From: Octopus sinensis | Taxonomy: Eukaryota | Direction: 5' to 3' | Assembly: GCF_006345805.1 (NCBI RefSeq) | Contig: NC_042998.1 | Location: forward strand, 192,758,001-192,822,000 | DNA: 64,000 nt | Shown: in pieces, positions 1 to 11,227 of the stretch | Layout: each line of letters starts with the position of its first letter | How positions within the stretch are numbered: position 1 is the stretch's first letter | Made by a program: the position numbers and the translations under genes | The notes under the pieces: model-generated | Databases searched by the model: none | What the model saw: only the letters and a program-made list of their open reading frames with translations | What the model was told of the DNA's origin: nothing

Positions 1-654
1 AACATTTGTATTTATCAAGCATTATTGTAAGATAAAGGTAACATCTCCCATAGTACATCAGCTGTTATAACCTAAAGTAGTTTTATGTAGTTTAGTGTCT
101 GTAAACTATCAAAAACATTGAAACTTCAATAACAAGATTGAAGGCCAGTAATAATATTTTTCTTAGATTTTTCTGATTTTTTGAGAATTTGAATTGATTG
201 CTTGAGTCCCCCCCACACACACACTAACAAAATAGCAAATTAATATTCTGAGTTCAAATACTGCTGTCAACTTTACGTTTCATTCTTCTGGCATAAGTGC
301 AAGAACAAAATTTGCTGAGAGGGTTCAAACCCAGTTTTAAAGGCATTTTCATTGTAGCCCCACCACATAAAAAAAAGGGTCGGTGCGCTTTGCCCTCTAC
401 CCACTGTTCTTAATCCTATGTCTTTTAGGCTTGGTAAATAAAATAGCAATCAAGAGCAACAGACTGGGAGCCTTGTATTTGTTCCTATTCTTTGCATTCA
501 GAGTTCAAATCCTGCTATGGTCTACTTGTATAATGACTTTACCTGTTGCCTCGTTTAACATTAACACCTGATTCTTGGGTACCTTTAGCAAAGTCCATGC
601 TGTTGCAAGTATTCTGGCCAGGTCTCTGGTCTGAGGATACTCAAACAGCAACAT

Positions 655-1050
655 CATCTCTTTTATCTTTTACTTGCCTCAGTCATTAGACTGTTGCCAT
701 GCTGGAGCACTCCCTTGAAGCGTTTTAGTCAAACAAATCAACCCAGTATTTTTTTTAAATACTGGTACTTATTCTATTGGTCTCTTTCGCCAAACCACTA
801 GGTTATGGGGTGTAAACAAACCAACTCCAGTTGTCAAGCAATGTTAGAGATAAACACACACATGCACACACATACACAAACATACATACATGAAGGGGTT
901 TCTTTCAGTTTCCATCAGTCAAATCCACTGAAAAGGCTTTGGTCAGCTCAAGGCTATAATAGAAGATACTTGCCCAAGGTTTCACACTGTGGGACTGAAC
1001 TCAGAACCATGTGGTTGGGAATCAGATTTCTTACCATACAGTCATATTTG
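655..1050 (-). mobile_element. tRNA-derived SINE, family A (decayed)
   Basis: Matches other family A copies in the window; CpGs mostly mutated. Confidence 0.8.
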
Positions 1051-1357
1051 TGTCTATTATATTCATTTGAAACATTTCAATATATTTTTTAGATTATTTT
1101 ATACTGTGTATATATATATATTTACTCTAATTAACTTTTACAATGACATTGATTAATATATATTTCACTGAATCATTAGTAATCTTTGTAGACTCAATAA
1201 ACTTTAAATTCATTTGAGACTTGGTCAAATTTTATCTAAAGTAAAAAAAAAAAATTAAGCATACTAAGATTAATTGTCTACTTTAATTATTAATTTTTTT
1301 TTTATCAAATTCCAATATTTTTATATGTATGTTTTTTTAAACAAATGTTCAACTCAG

Positions 1358-1423
1358 ATTCTAGCAATAAGTTCCAATCTTATTAAAAGCATGAAACAAA
1401 AATCTTTAGGTTTGGAAGAATTG
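1358..1423 (+). CDS. Possible upstream exon of gene P: ILAISSNLIKSMKQKSLGLEEL
   Basis: CAG acceptor, 66 nt phase 0-0, weak donor GTGTGT. Confidence 0.15.
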
Positions 1424-2004
1424 GTGTGTGACTATATCTTCTTCCTACAGCTAAGTTTATTGAGTGAATTAATAAAATTCCTTCAAAGTTATCATTAAGT
1501 AATATTTTTTACATTTTTATAAATATTATTCTTATAGATCTTATTCAGTTTTTTTTATCAAAATAATTATTGATATTTATTATAATTTTTATTATGGTAC
1601 TTCTGACTTTTTATGCCTTGTTTGTTTCTTTATATCCTTGAGGTGTGTAAATGAACTTAACGAGTTTGAGTCAAAGTAACATGTTGTAATAAGATAACGT
1701 AATTATCTGTGCTTGGCTTAAAATTTAAATCTTATTTAAGGACTTCTCTTGATATATTGTTCTTTCTGTTTTGTTTTTGAGAAGGGTGGATATAGAAATG
1801 AGGATTGGTGGTGGGGTTATTTTTTTGTAACCTTATTAATGTGGTGTCTGCTACTACTGTTGGTTTAACACTGTTTTTCCTTCTAATATAAAAAAAGTAG
1901 TGAGTATTTTTATTTATTTTTCAACTCTTCACTATTATACAGAAATATATATTTCTTTACTATCCACAAGGGGCTAAACACAGAGGGGACAAACAAGGAC
2001 AGAC

Positions 2005-2286
2005 AAAGGGATTAAGTCGATTACATCGCCCCAGTGCGAAACTGGTACTTTATTTATCGACCCCGAGAGGATGAAAGGCAAAGTCGACCCCGGCGGAATT
2101 TGAACTCAGACGAAATACCGCTAAGCATTTCGTCCAGCGCGCTAACGAAATGCTTAGCGGTATTTCATCTGTCGTTACATTCTGAGTTCAAATTCTGCTG
2201 GGGTCGACTTTGCCTTTCATCCTCTCGGGGCCGATAAATAAAGTACCAGTTTCGCACTGGGTCGATGTAATCGACTTAATCCCTTT
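2005..2286. mobile_element. Fold-back (inverted) dimer of SINE family B
   Basis: Arms 2005-2133 and 2145-2286 are reverse complements around an 11-nt loop. Confidence 0.85.
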
Positions 2287-2520
2287 ACAAAGAAAAGTAT
2301 GCATGTAATGTTCCTTTGTGGCCAATAAATGCAAGGGAGATAATCATGTTTACATTATATTTGGTGGGATTAGAAGTTTGAATTTAAAATGAAGAACAAG
2401 GAAGGAGTTGCATAGAACATATATATTTAATTTCTTTTTGTTTACTTATTAAGAAGATCTTAAAGTTTGTAGTCTTAGGCTATCATATATAGCACCAGAC
2501 CAGTTCATTTTTATCAGAAA

Positions 2521-2981
2521 CTATCACTATGACCCGGCAATTCATTTCTACCTTCATAATCTCGTAATCATGTCGGTTAACTTTATTATTGAAATACACT
2601 CGGTAAAGTTGTATAAATATCGCTATACTAGCATGCCAGGTCATAATGCTAGTGCATGCATATACAGCTGCGTGCGTGCACACATATACGCGAGTACTGT
2701 CCAAATCTCCGACCAATCACATACAGCTAGCTGGCATTCAATTGGCGTATCAAGTTTCGGGCATTTTGATTGGGTTTTGGATAGAAGATTCACAAAAAAG
2801 TCACTTCTATTGATTTTTTAATGGCTTTGCGGGGTGACTGGGGAAATGTAAAGATGTGCACGACCACCCTTGGGTGGTTTTGAATGACCATAGAAAGTGC
2901 GAGCCCTCTAACTGAAAAATTGTAGATTTGTATAAAGGACACACACACAGACAGACATTTTACCGTTTATATATAGAGAGA
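2521..2981 (-). mobile_element. Helitron-like non-autonomous element
   Basis: 5' end TCTCTATATATAAACGG shared with the 47.7 kb and 59.8 kb elements; 3' end degenerate. Confidence 0.4.
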
Positions 2982-3696
2982 TTATCAGCATAAAAGCTAT
3001 GTATACCGGCAATAGTGAGTTCCATTTCATTACAGTTTGCTTCTGAATTTCCAAACAATTCTTCTGGTTACTTGCCTGTAGCTAGATGATGTTAATGAGG
3101 ACAGTGGGTAGGGCATCAAATGGGGCTAGGGCATGAACTGGGGCTAGGGTGTTAACCATGTGGCATTCTCAGTTCACTCATTAAATATATTTTCAATATT
3201 TTGCATATCTCTTTCCCTGTTGCTATACTTCAATTTTATTCCACCATGAATATTTTAAGTTAACAGCACTGTTTGTAGATATTTTCAATATTTCTCATTT
3301 TCATATTGGTTTCAATTCTTAACATGAGGCCAACAAGTTCAGGGGAGGGGAATAGTTGATTACAGTGACCCCCCGTGTTTACTCAATTGCTACTCTTTTG
3401 ATCAACTCTGAAAAAATTTGAAAGGCAAAGTTGCCCTTCACAGAATTTGAACTCAGAACACGAAGAGGACAAAATGCCTCTAAGCATTTTGGCTGGCATG
3501 CTAACGATTCTGCCAGCTTGCCACCCAGTTTCTTATTTTCATATTAAGCTCTTATCTACCTGTAAACTGCATCACTGTTAATGTTATTTTATATCTATTT
3601 ATATTTATTTATATATCTATTATATATATTTGAGCAAGTACATGTGTGTGTGTGTGTGTGTATGTGTATTGGATTATTTGAAATAATTTTGTGTAT

Positions 3697-4616
3697 AAAC
3701 GCAGGTGTGGCTCTGTAGTAATAAGCTCGCTTCCCATCCACATGGTGCTGGGTTCAGTCCCACTGTGTAACACCTTGAGCAGATGCCTTCTACTATAACC
3801 TTGGGTTGACCAATGCCTTGTAAGTGGATTTGGTAGGTGGAAATTGAAAGAAGCCCGTCAGTGTGTGTGTGTGTTTGTCCTCCCACCATCATTTGACAAC
3901 TGGTATATTTATGTCATGTAACTTAGCAGTTCAGCAAAAAAGACTGACAAGTATTAGGCTTACAAAGATTAACATTAGTTACATCTGACGGATATTTGTT
4001 CTCATTTTGTTTGTTGTTAACACAATGCTTCGGCTGATATACCCTCCAGCCTTCTTCAGGTGTTTTGGTGAAATTTCAAACCTGAGTTCTCATTCCTAAG
4101 GTATTTTTCAATGTTATTATTATTATTATTGTTATTGTTCAGGTCACTGCTTGGAATCGAACTCAGAATCTTGGGGTTAGTAGCCCGCGCTCTTAACCAC
4201 TACGCTATATGCTCATAAGGGATAGATGCCTGATGGGTTGAAACGATTAAATTAATAAAAATTCTTGCTAACTCTGTTTCCCTCACTCATTATAAGCTCA
4301 ATGAAGACTGAGGAATTCCTGAAATAGATCCAGTGACAATTATAACAAAGCTGTGGATGACATTAACTAGCCTAAACAGTGCAAGTACTTTAATTGGCAT
4401 ACTACTAAGCTAACCGTATGCCAAAAGTCCAAAAACAAAATGAGGACAAATATCCGTTGAATGTAAATAATGTACATAATTCCTCATCTCTTAAATATAG
4501 AACTGTATTACAAAAAATAAGTTCTGGGGTCCCTTTCTTTGACTAAAACCCCTTTAAGGCCATGCTCCAGCATGGCCATAGCCAAATGATTGAAACAAGG
4601 GAAAAGAATAAAAGAA
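3697..4616 (+). mobile_element. SINE family A split by a Penelope-like insertion (3969-4505)
   Basis: SINE consensus ...ggcttacaaaga|ataagtcctgggg... interrupted; insert has inverted terminal segments 3988-4013 / 4430-4457 and a tRNA-like segment at ~4150-4210. Confidence 0.7.
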
Positions 4617-4703
4617 TGAAACTTAAAATGCAAACAACTTATTCAGAAATGTATGTTTTATACAGCTCAATAAATGAGTGAAACTTGGAATAAGTTCATA
4701 CAG

Positions 4704-4760
4704 AAAATGACAAGAACTTTACAAGAATTGTCCCTGAATCTATTTTCAAAAGATTTATAT
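4704..4760 (+). CDS. Possible upstream exon of gene P: KMTRTLQELSLNLFSKDLY
   Basis: CAG acceptor with weak pyrimidine tract, 57 nt phase 0-0, donor GTTAGA. Confidence 0.2.
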
Positions 4761-5854
4761 GTTAGAGTTCAGTTTTAATACTTTGATGTATTTTTATGTC
4801 AGTCATATTGTATTTATTATCTTAATCGCACTGAATGGAATTTTACTTAACAGAAAAACATTTCCTGTTTTTGTTAAGATTTCTTCCTGTATTATGTCTA
4901 AGATTAAATGATTTTTGTTATTATTATCATCAAAGTTTCTATTATCATACATAATTTAAAGTCCTCCTCATCATCAAAGTCATTTAACATCTGTCTTCCA
5001 TGATGTCATGGGTTTAACAGAATCCGACAAGTCAGAGGAGTGCATTGAACTTCAGTGTCTGCTTTGGCATGGTTGTCATGGTTGGATGCTCTTTCTCATG
5101 CCAACCGTTTTACTGTGTGTATGGGGTGTTTTTTTGTGACACCAGCATAAATGAAGTTTGCCAAGTAACTTGAAAGATTAACCCTTTAGTGTTCACATTA
5201 TTCTGCCAAAATTAATGCTTCTTTATCCACATTGTTTTGAACTAATCATGCATTATCTTGTAGCTATGAGATTTCAATAAGGTAGCTGTTCATTTTAAGA
5301 TGATATTGTAGGGTTGGTGTGAGAGACCAGATCTGGCCAGTTTGAACATAAAACAGGCAGAATACTTTTAGCCGGATTTGGCTGGTTTAAATGCTAAAGG
5401 GTTAAAGAATAAAAAGCCTCCTAGATGTAGGTGGATTTTTACCAGGCATTGAGAGGCTAAAGTATGATAGAGAGACAAGTACAAGTACCTTGCTATAGAA
5501 GAGATATATGGCTACTTCACATTATATAGGAGTGGGTGTAGCTGGAAAGAGTGTAGAGATATTAGTGATGAGATATCAGAGCATACCGTCAAGGAGAATA
5601 TGAACTAAAAATGGGGAGATATGGATGAATAAGTTCATAGGAGTGTGAAAGGAGAGTGATTGACGATTTGAGATTGAGGCAGAGGTTATTGTTGTGAATG
5701 ATGTTCTGGAGTGGAGGTGTGGTCAATGTTACATAACAGTATGGGGGAGAAATAGCTCAGGGAAAAGGTGGTGATAAATGGTAATATGAGTTGGGGGTAA
5801 GAACAACATAGTACTGTAAATAGATCTGAAAATAGGGAAACCCTGTAGATCATC

Positions 5855-6085
5855 ATCATCATCATCATCGTTTAACGTCCGCTTTCCATGCTAGCATGGG
5901 TTGGATTATTCGACTGAGGTCTAGCAAACCAGATGGCTGCACCAGACTCCAGTCTGATCTGGCAGAGTTTCTACAGCTGGATGCCCTTCCTAACGCCAAC
6001 CACTCCGAGAGTGTAGTGGGTGCTTTTACGTGCCACCTGCATGAGGGCCAGTCAGGCGGTACTGGCAATGGCCTTGCTCAAATGT
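5855..6085 (-). mobile_element. RTE-3'UTR-derived repeat, family C
   Basis: (CAT)n tail, ggatgcccttcctaacgccaaccactccgag motif, same as the 3' end of the RTE LINE at 24.1-24.6 kb. Confidence 0.8.
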
Positions 6086-6931
6086 ACAGGAGCCAATAGG
6101 TCAGAAAATATGGAGGGACAGAAAGAAATTTACTGGGACAAAGATGAAGGTCAGAGCTATGTAGTGGTGGCTATGATGAGTGGAGGACATTGACAGCAGA
6201 TGGAGGGTGGGAGATTGAAAGTTATAGAAGTCCATTTTACGATTGTAAGTTGATTTGCCAAAAATTATGTTTTAAATTCATCCCATTCGCATTATTTCTA
6301 CAAAGCAAATCAGCTAATCAGAATACTGTTAATTAACGTTGGTCACTTATGAAAATATTCTGAGCCAATCTTCAATTTTCTCAGCTCAGTACACTTAAAT
6401 AAATAAATGAATTATTTTGATAAAAAACTTAGATGAAAATGGCTAAAATCAACAAGAAAGTCTCTGAAGTATTTCTACTTTATTTTATCTCTTTTTGTTG
6501 TATTTAGACTTAGAAAAAAAAAATGTTAATCTGTCTAGTGTTCAGCTTTTTTTATAAAATTAGAATTTAAAAGAACAAAATAAACATTGTGCAGATAAAT
6601 GAAATTACTGATTAGCCTTTATGATAGTATTTCTAGTTTATTATTTTGCATTTTAATGGAATTATTTGTCATCTTAATGATAGTAAATTACATATTCTGT
6701 GAAATAACTATTGTCCACCCTTCATTTGGTAAGTGTAATCAGGAAAGTTATACTATAGTTTTTAGAAAGAGAAAATCACTTCTCTGATTAAGAAGGATTC
6801 CTAATCTAAAGGATGTCTTTAATATGGCAGTCATATAATTTATGTTACATCGTTATTGTGGGTGTGGACATTCTTTAATTTCAATTTGCAGGTGATGATG
6901 TTTTGTGGAATTTAAAATAAATCTACCTTTA

Positions 6932-7138
6932 GTTTATAAGCCATTTAAGAAACACAAAAAACTGTTTGATTCACTTCAACATTCAAATTTAATTTGTCAA
7001 AATATTTTCGTCGCTTTGAGACTGCGACCTGTTCATTGAGGTCGCAGTCTCAAAGCAACGAAAATATTTTGACAAATTAAATTTAAATGTTGAAGTGAAT
7101 CCAACAGTTTTTGAGTATTTCTTAAATGGCTTATAAAC
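6932..7138. mobile_element. Fold-back MITE-like palindrome (~99-bp arms, 8-nt loop)
   Basis: 6932-7030 is the near-perfect reverse complement of 7039-7138. Confidence 0.8.
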
Positions 7139-7329
7139 ACTTTCCACGCTGCAATTGTTTTCGTTCCAGCACACGATCTCAGATCAAGTCACTTGCTATG
7201 CAAGTACATCTCCATAACTACCTTTAGTTATTACTATAGTAATGCTGTCATCATTGTCTTCTTCTTCTTCTACTATGCTAACACCACCATTACCTAGCAT
7301 TTGTCATGATCTTTGAATTTACTTGCACC

Positions 7330-7555
7330 AGATTTATTGCCAGTACCGCCTGACTGGCCCTTGTGCTGGTGGCATGTAAAAAGCACCCACTACACTCTCG
7401 GAGTGGTTGGCGTTAGGAAGGGCATCCAGCTGTAGAAACTCTGCCAGATCAAAAGTGGAGCCTGGTGCAGCCGTCTGATTCGCCAGCCCTCAGTCAAAAT
7501 CATCCAACCCATGCTAGCATGGAAAGCAGACGTTAAACAATGATGATGATGAAAT
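7330..7555 (+). mobile_element. RTE-3'UTR-derived repeat, family C
   Basis: Family motif plus (GAT)n tail. Confidence 0.8.
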
Positions 7556-7813
7556 AAAGCACTCCTTTGTGCTTCCCCATTTACAGGCAGGGTTAATAGG
7601 ATAATAAGTCTTTTGTTAGAAATATTGAAATAGGATTAAAAATAGAGTTCTTTTGCTAGAATATGGAGACAAGAATGTTAAGCCTTTCATCCAAATAAAA
7701 ATATACCGTTTATCACAAATTAGAGGGCCTCCACTCCTTAAGGTTAACCACATGGCTGCATATGTATGCATAGACCTTGGCAGGATTTTTTCCTTTCATC
7801 TGTTTTTTTAAAG

Positions 7814-8020
7814 AAAACTAGTGTTTGCTCATGCATGCAAATCTGTCTTCTTCATGCAATTGAAATTTGTCCAAAGGAAAAGCTGCCAACCTTGGACCAA
7901 TACTGCTTGACACCAGAGTCATTGCAGGGTTTGCTACCTGAGCACAAAAAGCTAGAAGAGACATCAGAAGGCACTTTGCTTGACTTTCTAACACTTCTAC
8001 CAGTCCACCTCCCTGAATGG
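7814..8020 (+). CDS. Internal coding exon of unidentified + strand gene (gene P): KTSVCSCMQICLLHAIEICPKEKLPTLDQYCLTPESLQGLLPEHKKLEETSEGTLLDFLTLLPVHLPEW
   Basis: Polypyrimidine tract + AAG acceptor (ttttcctttcatctgtttttttaaag), 207 nt open phase 0-0, donor GTACAT; joins in frame to the next exon. Confidence 0.75.
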
Positions 8021-8188
8021 GTACATTTTTTTTATTGACTCCAAAAGGATAAAAGACTAAGTTAACCATAATGAGATTTGAACTCAGAGTGCACCAAATC
8101 AGAATATCATGCAGTGTTATATCTTTTCACTTCTAATGATATATTTCTCTCATTTTTGTTTACACTTTGTATCTTATTCATTTCTCAG

Positions 8189-8230
8189 ATTATTCAGTCA
8201 CAAAGTTTCAATGTATCCATGCCCAGAGAA
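8189..8230 (+). CDS. Coding exon of gene P: IIQSQSFNVSMPRE
   Basis: Long pyrimidine tract ending tttctcag, 42 nt phase 0-0, donor GTAAGG; 168-nt intron from previous exon. Confidence 0.7.
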
Positions 8231-8872
8231 GTAAGGTGTTCAGAATATGGCAAATGCCTGATGGAGGGTTGGGGTATATTTGATTACATGAGCCCATTAA
8301 ATGACTGGTATTCATTTTATTGACCTCAGAAGGATGAATGGAATATTGACCTTGCTGGAATTAACAATATCAACTCTGTTTTATTAATCAAATTGTTTTC
8401 AAGAAAGTTTTCTTATGCAATACTTAACTTCCTAAAATTCCTCATTCACAATCAGGAAAACAAAATATTTTTAAAGTTCTAAACATGTAACCATCAAATT
8501 GACCAAACAAAGTGACCAAACAAAATATTTTTAAAGTTCTAAACATGTAGCCATCAAATTGATCACTAAAGTCTTTTTGACATTGTTGTCCTGACTCTCT
8601 CTTAATGTTTTTTAATATTGATTTGAATTATGAACTATGGTGATATTGCTTACTGACAGTAATAAACACAATAGACAGCTGACATGGCTTGCTTCTGAGA
8701 ACTCAATTTACGTTGAGGCAACAACTAATCAAGAATTCTTGTGGCATGAATGCATCAAATAACAGGACCAACAATATACCTTCACAAGAATATCCAAGCA
8801 GAGTCTTCTGGCTCTACTTTGATTTTCCGTTACCATGCAGACTATGCAGATTATTATTCAATTATATACACT

Positions 8873-9104
8873 CATTTTACTCTTTTACTTGTTTCAGTCA
8901 TTTGACTGTGGCCATGCTGGAGCACCGCCTTTAGTCGACCAGATCGACCCCAGGACTTATTCTTTGTAAGCCTAGTACTTATTCTATCGATCTCTTTTGC
9001 CGAAACGCTTAGTTACAGGCACGTAAGCACACTAGCATCAGTTGTCAAGCGATGTTGGGGGACAAACACAGACACACAAACATATACACATACATACATA
9101 CATA

Positions 9105-9138
<34 letters not shown>

Positions 9139-9298
9139 CACGACAGGCTTCTTTCAGTTTCTGTCTACCAAATTCACTCACAAGGCTTTGGTCGGCCCGA
9201 GGCTATAGTAGAAGACACTTGCCCAAGATGCCACACAGTGGGACTGAACCCGGAACCATGTGGTTGGTAAGGAAGCTATTTGCCACACAGCCACTCCT
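8873..9298 (-). mobile_element. tRNA-derived SINE family A, full length
   Basis: Head with A/B boxes on - strand, internal (CA/TA)n, (ACTCTTTT)n tail. Confidence 0.85.
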
Positions 9299-9680
9299 AT
9301 GATTGTTGTTGTAAACATTTGGAAAATAATATTAGTAAATCAATATTTTCTAGTAACTGATGACCATAAAAGTACCCACCAGGTTTACTATAAGGCATTT
9401 TTTGGCTCACCACATAATCATAAATTTAACGTTATAGTTTCATCAATCAAACTGATGTTTAAGTTTTTCTAAAATAATAGAAGCAATTTGACAATAATGT
9501 GGTTGTTATGATGGTGGTGGTCATAATAGGGGTGGTGATGCTGGTAGTAGTAGTACTAATTTTCTTCTCAGAGAGGAATGTATAAATAATTAAACAGCTC
9601 TCCAGTATTTACTTTTTGGGGGGCATTGCTGGATGAAAGACAAAATTATCCCTAATAGGAATTGAACGCATAATGTAAAG

Positions 9681-10132
9681 CAGTAGTTCCCAAACCTTTT
9701 ATTTGAACAAGTTTTCCCATGGCCCCCTTTTAATATGCTTATCCTTAAGTCTGTACACACACACACACACACACACCACACACACACACACACATATATA
9801 TATATTTCAAAATGTGACCGCGTGTGTACCGTTGGCGATTTTTTTTTTCCCTCTGTCTTCCCTTCTCTGGATCTTTCCTTCTCCTATGTTTCCAACGAAG
9901 AGCTCCACTCGAAACGTTAAACCCTCCTTCTTTCCTGAGCGTCCAATAATACTATATTTGTTCCACGTCTTTGCGTTGTTGTGTTTTTTTGTGTTTTCTT
10001 GTTTGGATTAACTATATATATATATATGTGTGTGTGCGTGAAATTTTGAATTTTGTTCACAGACCCCCCCCCCCCAGTGCTACTTTTGTGGACCACCACC
10101 AGGGTCCGCAGACCCCAGGTTGGGAACCACTG
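9681..10132. mobile_element. hAT/Charlie-type MITE with nested Penelope-like repeat (~9790-10020)
   Basis: TIRs CAGTAGTTCCCAA / TTGGGAACCACTG; 8-bp TSD atgtaaag / atgtgaag. Confidence 0.8.
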
Positions 10133-10139
10133 ATGTGAA

Positions 10140-10430
10140 GTTACATAACTAAATACAGTGCTGCTGGACTGGCTCCTGTGCCAGTGGCATGTATAAAAAG
10201 ATTCGAGCGAGGTCATTGCCAGTACCACCTGACTAGCCCCCGTGCTGGTGGCACGTAAAAAGCTCCCACTACACTCTCGGAGTGGTTGGCGTTGGGAAGG
10301 GCATCCATCTGTAGAAACTCTGCCAGATCAAGACTGGAGCCTGGTGCAGCCATCTGGTTCGCCAGTCCTCAGTCAAACCATCCAACCCATGCCAGCATGG
10401 AAAGCGGACGTTAAATGATGATGATGATGC
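10140..10430 (+). mobile_element. RTE-3'UTR-derived repeat, family C
   Basis: Family motif plus (GAT)n tail. Confidence 0.8.
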
Positions 10431-10574
10431 ATCTTGGCAAAGACAAACGTCAGTGGGAAATCTGAAAACACAGTGTTTGAGGATCAAAATCCCTTTTTGA
10501 TAAAAAGCACCTTTTTGATGTAAATAATTTTTGGTGTTAACATGGTCTGATTTGAATTTTTTCTTCTACCGAAG

Positions 10575-10693
10575 GAAGAGCAAGCCTTCTATTATACTCT
10601 CAATTTTGGTCAACTTGTGCCGCAGGGTCTCGGAGGAGATAGTGTTAGTCTGCCGTACACTGACAACTTCAGCTTTATATATAGAAAGATTGT
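10575..10693 (+). CDS. Coding exon of gene P: EEQAFYYTLNFGQLVPQGLGGDSVSLPYTDNFSFIYRKI(V)
   Basis: Acceptor ttttttcttctaccgaag, phase-0 start matches previous exon, open frame, donor GTACGT (phase 2). Confidence 0.7.
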
Positions 10694-11193
10694 GTACGTA
10701 TTCTACTTATATAACCTAATATAATGCAATTAAATGAAATAAGTAGTGAGAAAATATTTATCAAGCTAATGCTTAAATTATATAAATACATCTTTTGAGT
10801 TACATTCGAAAGCATCGAAGTTTGCACCTTCTTCTTTATTTACTAAATGTTTATGGAGTCTGAGATAAACACTCACTCACTTTGAGCAATCCATTCTTCT
10901 AAAAATCGGATCATTTAAATAATCTATTTAAATTCTCCGACTCCTAATTTTAATGGAAAATAAGATTTCCTCATGGGAACATTAGGAGAAAGTCAAGCTA
11001 ATAATTGGATTTCAGGAAAAAAAGGAAAAAACAAAAAAAATAAATAAAAAATGGGAAAATGCTTCAGCCAAATATTGCAAATTTTCATTAAAATCTTGAT
11101 TATATTCTCAAAGGAAGCAGCAGTTAGAAACATAATCCTTTTCTTGTATTTTTTAAAAGTATTTTTTTTATTAATTTTCTTTTGCTCTTCTAG

Positions 11194-11227
11194 GTTGACT
11201 TATTTTACAATTGAAACATTTGTTTAG
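11194..11227 (+). CDS. Candidate terminal exon of gene P: (V)LTYFTIETFV*
   Basis: Strong acceptor ttttcttttgctcttctag; stop in all frames within 35 nt; AATAAA repeats at ~11293-11322. Alternative phase-0 reading VDLFYN*. Confidence 0.45.

Noticed and set aside
4150-4210. tRNA-Ser-like sequence on the - strand
   Set aside because: No complete acceptor stem, and it is embedded in a repeat; a SINE-type head rather than a tRNA gene. The same applies to all SINE heads in the window.
5430-5830. Purine-rich segment suggestive of a reversed CR1/Jockey-type LINE
   Set aside because: Too decayed to translate to a diagnostic motif, so not listed as a feature.
6637-6920. Exon pair ...EITIVHPSF|GDDVLWNLK* with GTAAGT donor at 6729
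   Set aside because: It would terminate upstream of the better-supported 7814 exon and its phase does not join; possibly an alternative 3' end but unsupported.
7818-8069. - strand 83-aa ORF overlapping the gene P exon
   Set aside because: It is the antisense shadow; splice signals and downstream frame continuity support the + strand.
8459-8563. 45-bp direct repeat
   Set aside because: Simple local tandem duplication in an intron with no further structure.
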